64,000 nt of DNA, taken from positions 224,001 to 288,000 of the forward strand of contig OY781964.1 of NCBI GenBank assembly GCA_963677485.1. Direction: 5' to 3'. A program made the translations under genes and the position numbers. Below, one piece after another: positions 31,476 through 41,223 of the stretch. The notes below the pieces were generated by a model. The model searched no databases and had not been told where the DNA came from. It saw only the letters and a program-made list of their open reading frames with translations. Within the stretch, counting starts at the first letter, position 1, and the number at the start of each line of letters is the position of its first letter. This DNA comes from Armatimonadota bacterium (GTDB lineage Bacteria; Armatimonadota; HRBIN16).

Positions 31476-34400
31476 GTGCCTGTAATGCTGCTCTCATCAT
31501 TAATGGTCGCGGTCGTGATGACGCTGATCGCCGTGCTCTTCCTGCCCAGGAAGGCCATGGCCGCCATGAACAACCTGGTATCCAACCCCGGATTTGAACA
31601 GCTTGACGCCAATAACAAGCCGGACGGATGGAGCAGCTTCAACGATCGTGACGCGGCACGCTTTGAGGTGACCAGCGACGAGGTGTTTGCCGGCCGATAC
31701 GCAATGCACCTCAGCACCCCTGAGGTGACTGTTTGGTCACCTTACTTCTCAAAAATGTTGACACTCACCCCCGGTGCCGAATACACCCTGGCAGGATTCT
31801 GCAAGACCCAGCTTAAGGGTGCGGACATGCTGTTCTCACTTCGCGAGGTCAGCTCCGCCGGTCAGAGCGTAGTCTTCCGGGAGGTAGCGGTCCCAGCGGA
31901 GACCGACTGGAAGTTTTTTTCAGCGACATTCAAAGTAGGTGCTGACACCACCTCCGGACAGGTGTTCCTGCTGCTTCGCAACGGTCTGGGCGATGCCTGG
32001 ATAGACGACATCATGCTGGTAGAGGGCAAACCCGCGGAGTTAGCGGAACAAGCCAAGCGGAAACCACAGCCCGCCTTACCTCCACGCAACGTGCCAGTGA
32101 TGACGGTCGGCAGCAACTTAATCACAAATAACCACTTTGAACAGGCGCTGGATGGATGGACTTTTGTACACGGTGATGAGAGCCAAACCGCGGTGGTCGA
32201 CCCCCACGTTGCCTTCACCGGCAGCCGGAGTGCCTGCCAGACCCACAAATCAGGTGGAATACCCGGAAGCTGGCTGTCCTTGAAATCACCCATCGCCGTG
32301 AGATCGGGCTCCGAGTTCGTGCTGTCAGGCTGGCTGCGCACCGAAGGTCACAGCAACTGGACCGGTGTACCCATCGACCGTGCCAAGCGCGACGAAGGAG
32401 CCTGCATCATACTGCAGGTGCAGGATGACAAGAAGCAGGTGATCAGCGAATCCTGGAGCCGCACCTGGCACACGAACGGCCAGTGGCAAAGGGTCCTGAC
32501 ATCGGCCAGAATACCGGTCAACGGCTGGTACATCAACGTGCGGCTTTTCCACGGTGATCTGAAGGGCAAAAGCTGGTGCGATGGAATTCGGTTGGAACTC
32601 ACCGCTGGCACTCCAGACGCAACGCCTGCTTGGCGGCTGCCTCGCGATGTGTATCAAGCCGGACCGCTTCCTCCGGGCTTCACGGGCACAGCCCGTTTGG
32701 CCGCCCGGTCAGGCGATAAAGAGCTGGTCATATTGCTCAGCGCGAAAGATTCCGTCACCTTCCCATTGGTTGACCACTCGGTGCCAGGTAGTTTTCGCAT
32801 CACGGGCTCAGCCCGAGGGAGTGGGACATCAACGCTCATACTGCGCAGTGTGGATGTGTACGGCCACATCCTGGCGGAAACCACAGCACCGCTGGTGTTG
32901 GCGGGCAACTGGTCTGACTGGCAGCATGAATACACCCCTCATGTGGAAGCCGCCTGGTTCACGCTGTCTGCACGCTGTGACACCGGCAAGCTGGAGCTGC
33001 AAGAATTAAGAGCTATCCGCAGCTCCAGCCAAACGCTCCAGCAATACATGGACGCTCCGCCATCCGTGCCCACCCCTACGGCACTGGCACCCAAACAATC
33101 AAGCTTCCCGACGGTGAAGCGGGTGATGCGCGGCAGTGCCCCGCAGATCACTGTCAACGGCAAAACCGTGAACTTCGACCAGTATTGGCATGAGAATGTG
33201 CCGCATGAGCGGGTGATGCAGAGCTGCCGCGGTGGTGACCTGGTAATGGCCGTGATCATGAACAAGCTGGACTGGTCAACAACCCCCGCGACCATCAACA
33301 CGATTGCACTCGACCAGCAGATACAGGCGATACTCCGGCGATACCCTGAGGCCTGGATCACCATCACACCGGACACGACCGCATCTGAACACTCGGACAA
33401 GCCATGGATCGCCAGCAATCCTTCTGAGCGGTATGTGAATGACCTCGGCGAGTCTCAGGTGCCAGGCTACAGCGGGGAGTTGCGCTACTTCCCATCAATG
33501 GCCTCAGAGAAATGGCAGCAGGATGTAGACACTATGCTGCGCAGCTTGGTCAGCCACGTCAAGCAATCCGACTACGCCTCGCGGGTGATCGGGTTTCAGC
33601 TCAGCCCCTACGAGTGGTTCCAGTGGGAATGGATGCGGAGCCGTATAGACATCAGTGAGCCGATGCAGAAGTCCTTCCGCAAGTGGTTAAACGAGAAGTA
33701 TCAGTCCGATACCGCATTGCAGTCGGCATGGGTGGACCCAGCTGTCAGCCTGCAGACGGCGGTGATCCCGAGCCTGCAGCAGCGGCGGGCCACCACCGAT
33801 GGAGTTTTCAGAGACCCGCAAAAACACCAGTCTTCTATCGACTTTTCACGCTTCTATAACGAGCTCATTCCAGAGCTGTTGGCACGGCAAGCCGCGACGG
33901 TCAAACAAGCCGTCGGCAGTCCGATCCTATGCGGAACCTTCTACGGTTACATCACCACGATGATCGACGGCCCATCGCATGAATCGTCTGGGCACCTGGC
34001 GGTCGATAAGCTGCTGAAGTCAAAACAGATTGACTATGTCATTGCACCCAGCGACGGCTACATTTTCGAGCGCGAAATCGGCGGCACCGGCGGGTATATG
34101 ACCACCGCCGACAGTTTCCGGCTGAACAACGTGCTGTGGATGAACCAGCCTGACCACCGCACCCACTGGGCGCCTGACAACCTCGCCCGCACGGAGACCA
34201 CCGTGGAAGACATCCAGCTGTTCCGGCGGGAGTTCGCCCTGAACCTGACAACCCACACCGGCCAGCAGTACCTCGACTTCTCAACGGGCACCGCACTGGG
34301 AGACCGGCGCATCGGCAACGAGCTGGAGCACTACGGACGCATCCGGCAGTTCGCCGCGACCCTCGAACCCGATGTGGATGTCAGCCAGATGGCGGTGGTG

Positions 34401-35240
34401 GTCAGCGAAACGGCAGCCGATGTGATCGGCACCGAAGCCGTGCTGATGGACGGTGCGACCATCTACCACCAACGCCCGCTTTACTACCGCAGCGGAATGC
34501 CCCACTCCACTTGCCTGACCAGCGACCTGTTGAATCCGCAGCTCAACAAGCAGCGTTTATGGGTGTTCCCTAACGCCTGGCGGTTGAGCGCAGACGAGAT
34601 GGCGACCATCAAATCGCAGTGTATGAAGAACGGCAACCTGTTGTTGTTCATGTATGCCCCGGGATATGTCACAAGCAAAGCGTCGACGGACAACATCAGC
34701 AAGCTGTTGGGCATGAAGGTAGTCATCAGGCCCGACCTCAAGGACTCACGCATCACCATCTCGAATGATACCGGCGTCAGTGAGCTGCATGACTCGAAGG
34801 GGATACGCTACGGCCACTCGCCGAAACTCGCCTGGACTCCGCTTTTCGCGGTGGATGACCCTCGGGCGACTGCGCTGGGCCGATACTCAGATGGCCGTGT
34901 GGGACTCGCGATGCGTGAATTCGGCAGCTACCGCGTGGCCTACTCAGCCATCGGCATGATTCCACCGGCACTGCTGCGTGACCTCGGCCGGCTTGCGAAA
35001 GCGCACATCTATGTTGACAGCAACGATGCATTGTATGCCAGTAAGCAGTTCCTGGGTATTCATGCGCGCTCCGAGGGTAGCAAGCGGATCCAGTTGCCCC
35101 GGAAATGCGATGTTTATGACCTGTTCTCACACGAAGTGGTTGTGAAATCCGTCCGTGAGTTCACTGTCACCATGCTCGCATTCACCACACGCCTGTTCTA
35201 TCTTGGGGATGCCAATAAGGCCAGAGGGTTTTTCAAATAG
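31476..35240 (+). CDS. Large secreted glycoside hydrolase-like protein: CBM4/9-like domains plus GH42/beta-galactosidase-like catalytic and trimerization regions
   Basis: Signal peptide; NLVSNPGFE and NLITNNHFE CBM starts; W.DDI motifs; FRKWLNEKY..L..AW segment. Confidence 0.7.
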   Translation: MPVMLLSSLMVAVVMTLIAVLFLPRKAMAAMNNLVSNPGFEQLDANNKPDGWSSFNDRDAARFEVTSDEVFAGRYAMHLSTPEVTVWSPYFSKMLTLTPGAEYTLAGFCKTQLKGADMLFSLREVSSAGQSVVFREVAVPAETDWKFFSATFKVGADTTSGQVFLLLRNGLGDAWIDDIMLVEGKPAELAEQAKRKPQPALPPRNVPVMTVGSNLITNNHFEQALDGWTFVHGDESQTAVVDPHVAFTGSRSACQTHKSGGIPGSWLSLKSPIAVRSGSEFVLSGWLRTEGHSNWTGVPIDRAKRDEGACIILQVQDDKKQVISESWSRTWHTNGQWQRVLTSARIPVNGWYINVRLFHGDLKGKSWCDGIRLELTAGTPDATPAWRLPRDVYQAGPLPPGFTGTARLAARSGDKELVILLSAKDSVTFPLVDHSVPGSFRITGSARGSGTSTLILRSVDVYGHILAETTAPLVLAGNWSDWQHEYTPHVEAAWFTLSARCDTGKLELQELRAIRSSSQTLQQYMDAPPSVPTPTALAPKQSSFPTVKRVMRGSAPQITVNGKTVNFDQYWHENVPHERVMQSCRGGDLVMAVIMNKLDWSTTPATINTIALDQQIQAILRRYPEAWITITPDTTASEHSDKPWIASNPSERYVNDLGESQVPGYSGELRYFPSMASEKWQQDVDTMLRSLVSHVKQSDYASRVIGFQLSPYEWFQWEWMRSRIDISEPMQKSFRKWLNEKYQSDTALQSAWVDPAVSLQTAVIPSLQQRRATTDGVFRDPQKHQSSIDFSRFYNELIPELLARQAATVKQAVGSPILCGTFYGYITTMIDGPSHESSGHLAVDKLLKSKQIDYVIAPSDGYIFEREIGGTGGYMTTADSFRLNNVLWMNQPDHRTHWAPDNLARTETTVEDIQLFRREFALNLTTHTGQQYLDFSTGTALGDRRIGNELEHYGRIRQFAATLEPDVDVSQMAVVVSETAADVIGTEAVLMDGATIYHQRPLYYRSGMPHSTCLTSDLLNPQLNKQRLWVFPNAWRLSADEMATIKSQCMKNGNLLLFMYAPGYVTSKASTDNISKLLGMKVVIRPDLKDSRITISNDTGVSELHDSKGIRYGHSPKLAWTPLFAVDDPRATALGRYSDGRVGLAMREFGSYRVAYSAIGMIPPALLRDLGRLAKAHIYVDSNDALYASKQFLGIHARSEGSKRIQLPRKCDVYDLFSHEVVVKSVREFTVTMLAFTTRLFYLGDANKARGFFK

Positions 35241-35287
35241 GCGTCAGTCCTAATCGGACGGATCCGTCCGATGAGGACTGACGCCTA
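35238..35287. repeat. Near-perfect 50-bp palindrome (terminator or REP-like)
   Basis: taggcgtcagtcct-a-atcggacgga|tccgtccgat-g-aggactgacgccta. Confidence 0.75.
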
Positions 35288-35407
35288 ACCGGTGCGGCCC
35301 TTTCCACAACGCGGAAGGAGACTTCGGTTATAATAGATTAGGTAACGCCCCGGATTATCCCCTATATTTTTACCGGATGGCGTTGTGCTATACGCGGAGG
35401 CTATTCT

Positions 35408-36691
35408 TTGGAGAAGTTCGAAATCACTGGTGGTGTCCCCCTGAAGGGTGATATCGAGGTGAGCGGCAGTAAGAACGCCACGCTGGCTATTATGGCGGGG
35501 GCATTACTCTCATCGGAACCGGTGATTCTGAAGAATGTGCCGCGGATTTCAGACACAACGCTGATGGTCTCCATGCTCAGACACCTCGGCTGCGAGGCCG
35601 ACTGGGTCACCCCGCGCTCACTGTTCATCGATGCCAGCCGCATTCTGCACACGGAAGTTCCCGCCGACGAAGCCACGAAGATGCGCGCCAGCTTCCACGT
35701 GGCAGGTCCCCTACTGGCCCGCTGCGGTTATGCACGGCTGCCCCTACCGGGCGGCTGTAACATTGCCAAAGGCGGTCGGCCGGTGAACTTTCATGAAAAA
35801 GGGCTTAAAATGCTGGGCACCAGAGTGGAAGATGATGGAAACTTCATCTCCTTTGAGGCCAAACAGTTAACGGGAGCCACGATTTTCCTGCAGTTCCCCA
35901 GTGCCGGTGCCACCGAGCACCTGATGACCGCGGCAGTGCTGGCAAAAGGCATCACGATCATCGAGAACGCGGCGCAAGAGCCTGAGGTGGTCGATCTGGC
36001 CGCCTTCCTGACCGCCATCGGAGCACGCATCGTCGGAGCTGGAACCCGCCGCATCACCATCGAAGGGGTTCCCCGCCTGAAAGGTGGAGAGCACTCGATC
36101 ATTACCGACCGCATGGAAGTTGGCACCTTTGCTTTAGCGGCCGCCGCCACCCGCGGATCGGTGCATATCGTGAATGCCGACCGTCTAGCGCTGGCCCCTG
36201 TCACCGCCAAGCTCCGTGAAGCGGGTGTGATAGTCGAGGAAATGTCCAGCGGAGGCATCCGCGTGCAGAACACAGGACGGCCGCTGCCAATCCAGATACG
36301 CACCCACCCCCATCCCGGATTCCCGACTGACATGCAGCAGCCGATGGGTGCCTTGCTGGCCACGGCACAAGGCGTTTCGGTGATCACCGAAGGTGTTTAT
36401 GACCAGCGTTTCAACTACACCCAGCACCTTCGCAATATGGGTGCAGACATCACCCTGGGTGAACGCACCGCAGTCATCCGCGGTGTTGCCAGATTGCATG
36501 CTGCGACTGTGCAGGCTGTAGACCTTCGGGCAGGAGCCGCGATGATCATTGCGGCACTCAGTGCGGAAGGCACCAGCATTATTGAAGATATTGAACACAT
36601 TGATCGTGGTTACTCATCGATCGAGAAGAAGCTGAATCAGCTTGGCGCGCAAGTGGCTCGGGTAAATATACCAGAACCCGTTGCGGCTTAG
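35408..36691 (+). CDS. murA: UDP-N-acetylglucosamine 1-carboxyvinyltransferase
   Basis: SGSKNA, LPGGC, HPGFPTDMQ, DLRAGAA, HIDRGY. Confidence 0.97.
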   Translation: MEKFEITGGVPLKGDIEVSGSKNATLAIMAGALLSSEPVILKNVPRISDTTLMVSMLRHLGCEADWVTPRSLFIDASRILHTEVPADEATKMRASFHVAGPLLARCGYARLPLPGGCNIAKGGRPVNFHEKGLKMLGTRVEDDGNFISFEAKQLTGATIFLQFPSAGATEHLMTAAVLAKGITIIENAAQEPEVVDLAAFLTAIGARIVGAGTRRITIEGVPRLKGGEHSIITDRMEVGTFALAAAATRGSVHIVNADRLALAPVTAKLREAGVIVEEMSSGGIRVQNTGRPLPIQIRTHPHPGFPTDMQQPMGALLATAQGVSVITEGVYDQRFNYTQHLRNMGADITLGERTAVIRGVARLHAATVQAVDLRAGAAMIIAALSAEGTSIIEDIEHIDRGYSSIEKKLNQLGAQVARVNIPEPVAA

Positions 36692-36722
36692 CACTGAATA
36701 GACTGTATAGAGAGGCCAAACC

Positions 36723-37745
36723 ATGATAAGAATGACCCCGGAGTTGGGTATCGACCTTGGAACTGCCAATATCCTTGTGTACGTACGAGGAAAAGGTGTC
36801 GTTCTAAACGAGCCTTCGGTTGTGGCCATCTCTGCAACAAATAAGAAGGTATTAGCGATCGGTGAAGAGGCGCGGCTGATGCTGGGCCGCACACCAGGCA
36901 ACATCCTGGCCACTCGACCGATGAGTGAGGGCGTGATCGCCGACTACGCCACCACTCGCAAGATGCTGGAGCACCTGATCTGCAAGGTATGCGGCCATCG
37001 TCGGCTGTTCAAACCGAAAGTATTAGTCTGCGTGCCCAGCGGTGTAACGCCCGTTGAGCGCCGTGCCGTGATCCTGGCCACCCGCGAAGCCGGTGCTGGC
37101 GAAGCCTACACCATCGAGGAGCCGATGGCGGCCGCCATCGGTGCTGGTCTGCCCATCAGCCATCCGGGAGGCAACCTGGTGCTTGATATCGGCGGAGGCA
37201 CCAGCGATGTGGCCGTGATATCACTGGAGGGCATTGTCATCCGCGGCTCCGTACGCGTAGGCGGAAACAAAATGGATGAGGTGATCATCCGCTACATCCG
37301 CAACCAGTACAACCTGATGATCGGTGACCGCACCGCGGAAGAGATCAAAATCCGCATCGGCAGTGCCTACCCGCTGGAGCAGGAGATCGACATGGAAGTG
37401 CGCGGTCGTGACCTGATCGCCGGCCTTCCAAAGACCATCACCATCAGCTCAGAGGAAATCCGCGAGGCTCTGCAGGAGCCCGTAAACGCCATGGTGGATA
37501 AAGTGAAGTCCGTGCTCGAAGTTACCCCGCCGGAACTGGCCGCGGACATCATCGAGCGTGGCATCACGCTGACCGGCGGCGGTGCCCTGCTCAGGGGGCT
37601 TGACCACTTGATACACAGCGTGACAGGGTTGGACGTTCGCGTGGCCGACGACCCGTTGAGCTGCGTGGCCATCGGCTGCGGCCGTGCGCTTGAGGAGTTC
37701 GGAGCGATCCGCGAAAGCAGCGTGATCCTGGGCGACCGCTACTAA
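36723..37745 (+). CDS. mreB: Rod shape-determining protein MreB/Mbl
   Basis: [33 protein letters not shown]. Confidence 0.97.
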   Translation: MIRMTPELGIDLGTANILVYVRGKGVVLNEPSVVAISATNKKVLAIGEEARLMLGRTPGNILATRPMSEGVIADYATTRKMLEHLICKVCGHRRLFKPKVLVCVPSGVTPVERRAVILATREAGAGEAYTIEEPMAAAIGAGLPISHPGGNLVLDIGGGTSDVAVISLEGIVIRGSVRVGGNKMDEVIIRYIRNQYNLMIGDRTAEEIKIRIGSAYPLEQEIDMEVRGRDLIAGLPKTITISSEEIREALQEPVNAMVDKVKSVLEVTPPELAADIIERGITLTGGGALLRGLDHLIHSVTGLDVRVADDPLSCVAIGCGRALEEFGAIRESSVILGDRY

Positions 37746-37766
37746 GCGCCAGTCGCCTTTTTGTCC

Positions 37767-37796
37767 AACAGGCCAGCGGAAATCCGCTGGCCTGTT
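37767..37796 (+). terminator. Hairpin after mreB
   Basis: aacaggccagcgg-aaat-ccgctggcctgtt. Confidence 0.7.
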
Positions 37797-37826
37797 CTGG
37801 GTTGGTGGGTGGGGTTTGGGTAGGCA

Positions 37827-37924
37827 CGTAGGGGCATGGCGTGCCGTGCCCTCCAGGGTGGGCTGTGCTCTCCGGCCAACAGGATATCATGGCGTTCCAG
37901 GGCACGGCACGCCATGCCCCTACG
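37827..37924. repeat. GTAG-type REP doublet (26-bp perfect inverted pair)
   Basis: cgtaggggcatggcgtgccgtgccct ... agggcacggcacgccatgcccctacg. Confidence 0.85.
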
Positions 37925-37952
37925 ATTGGCACAGGGAACATTACAGCATTTA

Positions 37953-38025
37953 CCTTTGCGTCTTTGCCCCCTTGCGCCTTTGCGTTAAAATCCATCCCCT
38001 TCGCGTCTTCGCGTCTTCGCGTGAC
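37953..38025 (+). repeat. Two short tandem-repeat units (4 x cctttgcg-like; 3 x tcttcgcg) upstream of the MmeI-like gene
   Basis: Read directly from the sequence. Confidence 0.85.
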
Positions 38026-38088
38026 ACCGCCTCTTCATCGGCTTGGGTTACAATAACCATGGAGAATCGTTGATAAGGGTGTGTGACT

Positions 38089-40872
38089 ATGAGCCGATTG
38101 AGTTGGAACCAGATACGGGCGAATGCTGCCCATTTCGCCGATGAATGGCATGATGCCAGTTACGAACGCGGCGAAACACAGAGCTTTTATAATGACTTTT
38201 TCGAGGTATTCGGAGTGCGCCGGCGCAAGGTGGCCACGTTCGAGGAGCCAGTCAAGAAACTGGGCGGCAGCCAGGGGTTCATTGACCTGTTCTGGAAAGG
38301 CGTGCTGCTGGTAGAGCAGAAAAGCGCAGGCCGTAACCTGACCCTCGCCAAGGAGCAGGCATTACAATATTTCCCAGGCTTGAAGGACTACGAACTGCCC
38401 CGATACATCCTGCTGTGCGACTTCCAAAGCTTCGAGCTTTACGACCTGGATGAACGCACCACCACCTGCTTTGCCTTACCCGATTTTCCGCAGTATGTGG
38501 AGCATTTCGGCTTCATTCTGGGCATCGAAAAGCGCTCCTTCCGCGACCAGGACCCGGTGAACATCCAAGCCTCGGAGCTGATGGGCCGTCTGCACGATGC
38601 ACTGTATGCCTCCGGGTACCGCGGGCATGACCTGGAACATCTGCTGGTGCGGCTGCTGTTCTGTCTGTTCGCCGATGACACGGGCATCTTTGAACCGGTC
38701 GGACTATTCAACGACCTGATCCTGCAGCGCACCAACGATGATGGCTCCGATGTGGGGCCGTGGCTGATGCAGTTGTTTGATGTGCTGAACGAACCGGAGA
38801 CTGAACGGCAGAGCAACCTTGATGAGGATTTGAACGCCTTCCCCTATATCAACGGCAACCTGTTTGCTCAACGGCTCCGTGTGCCTGCCTTCAACGCCCA
38901 GATGCGCGAGATCATGCTGGAGGCCTGCGCCTTCAACTGGGATGCCATCTCGCCCGCCATCTTCGGATCCCTCTTCCAGTCTGTGATGAATGCCGGCCAG
39001 CGACGGGCAATCGGCGCGCACTATACCACCGAGAAAAACATTCTTAAGGTCATCGAACCACTGTTCTTAGATGAGCTCCGGGCCGAATTTACCCGCTTGC
39101 AGGCTCGACGTGATAACAGTCGACGGTCGGCCTTGGAGGCGTTCCACGAGAAGCTGGCAAGTCTGCGATTTTTCGACCCCGCCTGCGGATGCGGTAACTT
39201 TCTGATCATCGCCTACCGGGAACTTCGTGACCTTGAGATGCAGCTCATTCGGGAGTTGAATCCAGCAGGCCAGTTGGTCACAGACATTGACGCCCTGATC
39301 AGGGTGAATGTGCACCAGTTCTACGGCATCGAGATTGAGGAGTTCCCCGCGCGCATCGCCGAGGTAGCGCTGTGGATGATGGACCACATCTGCAACAACC
39401 GGATGTCGTTGGCGATGGGGCAGGTGTTCCTGCGCATCCCGCTCAAAACCTCACCGCACATCCACAACAGCGATGCGTTGGAGCTGGACTGGCAGAGCGT
39501 ACTCCCCGCGGAAGAGTGCAGCTATATCATGGGTAACCCGCCGTTCATCGGGGCGAAGTTCCAGACTGCGGAGCAGCGTCAGCAGGTTCGTGATGTCGCC
39601 CGTCTTGGCGGCAGCGGTGGCACATTGGACTATGTGACCGCATGGTTCCTGAAAGCCAGCGACTACGTGGCGCAGTATGACATCCGCATCGGTTTTGTTT
39701 CCACCAACTCCATCACACAGGGCGAGCAGGTGGCGCAGCTCTGGCCGCTGCTGTTCGAGCGTTACGGCATGGAGATATGCTTTGCACACAGCACTTTCGC
39801 CTGGGGCAGCGACGCCCGGGGCATGGCTCATGTGCATGTGGTGGTGCTGGGTCTGTGCAAGCGGGCCTTTGAGCCGAAGAGCAAGCGGCTGTTCAGCTAC
39901 CCGAGCATACAAGGTGACCCGCTGGAGAGCCGTCACGGCAAGTTGTCACCCTACCTTCTGGACGCCAGCAACCTCGCCAACCCGCATGTGGTGGTTCGTG
40001 AAGAGTCGCGCCCCATCAATGGCTTACCTTTTTTGGTGGTGGGTTCACAGCCAATTGATGGCGGGAACATGATATTTGCACCTGATGAATATAAGGAATT
40101 CGTTAAAGTTGAACCAGCAGCTGAGGGGCTCATTCACCCATTTATCGGTGCCGATGAGTTGATCAATGGCAAAATACGATATATTCTGGCATTGCAAGGT
40201 ACAAACCCTCACCAACTACGCAACATGCCCTACGTAATGGCACGTCTAGAAAGGGTCAGAGGTTTTCGAGCTGAAAGTAAGCGACCCAAAACCAGAGAGC
40301 TTGCCGAAACACCAGCACTTTTTGCCTTTACTACAATACCTTCGGGACCGTTTATGGCGATACCAAAAGTCAGCTCTGAACGAAGAGAATACATACCTTT
40401 CGCCTACTATACTCCTCCGACCATCCCAAGCGACCTGGTGTTTGTTCTTAATCATGCAGAGCCTTGGCACTTTACTCTTCTCACTTCCCGAATGCATATG
40501 GCCTGGCTGCGTGCGGTCGGTGGTCGTTTGAAAAGCGATTACCGCTATTCCGGTGGGATGGTCTACAACACGTTCCCCATACCGGAGCTGACGGACGAAA
40601 GCAGGGCGCGGTTGGGTAACCTTGCGCAGGCCGTGCTGGACGCCCGGGCGCGCTACCCCGAGTGCAGCCTGGCTGATCTATACGACACCCTCTCCATGCC
40701 CACCGAGCTTCGGAAGGCACACAAGGCACTCGACACCGCCGTCGACCGCCTCTACCGCCCAGCCCCCTTCGCGGACGACCGCGAGCGCGTGGAGCACCTG
40801 CTGGCCCGCTACGAGGCCATGACCGCCGGTCTGCTCACCGCCCCCGCGCCCAAGCGGCGCCGGGCGAGGTAG
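38089..40872 (+). CDS. Type IIL (MmeI-like) restriction-modification enzyme
   Basis: PD-ExK IDLFWKGVLLVEQK; motif I FDPACGCGNF; motif IV GNPPF; TNSITQGEQV; SLADLYD..LRKAH C-terminus. Confidence 0.93.
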   Translation: MSRLSWNQIRANAAHFADEWHDASYERGETQSFYNDFFEVFGVRRRKVATFEEPVKKLGGSQGFIDLFWKGVLLVEQKSAGRNLTLAKEQALQYFPGLKDYELPRYILLCDFQSFELYDLDERTTTCFALPDFPQYVEHFGFILGIEKRSFRDQDPVNIQASELMGRLHDALYASGYRGHDLEHLLVRLLFCLFADDTGIFEPVGLFNDLILQRTNDDGSDVGPWLMQLFDVLNEPETERQSNLDEDLNAFPYINGNLFAQRLRVPAFNAQMREIMLEACAFNWDAISPAIFGSLFQSVMNAGQRRAIGAHYTTEKNILKVIEPLFLDELRAEFTRLQARRDNSRRSALEAFHEKLASLRFFDPACGCGNFLIIAYRELRDLEMQLIRELNPAGQLVTDIDALIRVNVHQFYGIEIEEFPARIAEVALWMMDHICNNRMSLAMGQVFLRIPLKTSPHIHNSDALELDWQSVLPAEECSYIMGNPPFIGAKFQTAEQRQQVRDVARLGGSGGTLDYVTAWFLKASDYVAQYDIRIGFVSTNSITQGEQVAQLWPLLFERYGMEICFAHSTFAWGSDARGMAHVHVVVLGLCKRAFEPKSKRLFSYPSIQGDPLESRHGKLSPYLLDASNLANPHVVVREESRPINGLPFLVVGSQPIDGGNMIFAPDEYKEFVKVEPAAEGLIHPFIGADELINGKIRYILALQGTNPHQLRNMPYVMARLERVRGFRAESKRPKTRELAETPALFAFTTIPSGPFMAIPKVSSERREYIPFAYYTPPTIPSDLVFVLNHAEPWHFTLLTSRMHMAWLRAVGGRLKSDYRYSGGMVYNTFPIPELTDESRARLGNLAQAVLDARARYPECSLADLYDTLSMPTELRKAHKALDTAVDRLYRPAPFADDRERVEHLLARYEAMTAGLLTAPAPKRRRAR

Positions 40873-40898
40873 GGGGAATGGGGCAGGCACAAGGTGAT

Positions 40899-41210
40899 GG
40901 GGCAACCACGGGGGGTTGCCCCTAGTACGCGCGTTCCGCAAATGCCAATCTCCGATTGGCATTTGCCTCCCCATCCGTGCCATCCGTTCAATCCGTGGTT
41001 CAGAAATTCCCGGAGAAACCACATGGAGCCGTGGCGTCTATAATAAGGGCGGTTCGCGAACCGCCACCACATAAGTCCATCGCACGGGCGACCACCAGTC
41101 GCCCCTACGCGAACCCTTGGCACGCCCGTCCCCATCAGCGTCCATCTGCGTTCATCCGCGGTTCAGGAATTCCCCTCCCCCTCCGCGTCCTCCGCGTCTC
41201 CGCGTGACAG
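40899..41210 (+). repeat. Mosaic cluster of REP-like hairpins and triple short repeats downstream of the MmeI-like gene
   Basis: Hairpins at 40899-40925, 40938-40966, 41046-41065 and 41086-41109; triple repeats at 40972-41000, 41133-41163 and 41180-41210. Confidence 0.85.
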
Positions 41211-41223
41211 ATCCCCGTCCCCG

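Noticed and set aside
36675-36692. Match to the IS left end (ctaagccgcaac on the minus strand at the murA stop)
   Set aside because: Short, imperfect and inside a coding sequence; probably chance.
40899-41210. CRISPR array or classical integron attC array
   Set aside because: Units are heterogeneous and irregularly spaced, with no constant repeat, no clear RYYYAAC..GTTRRRY pairing and no integrase.
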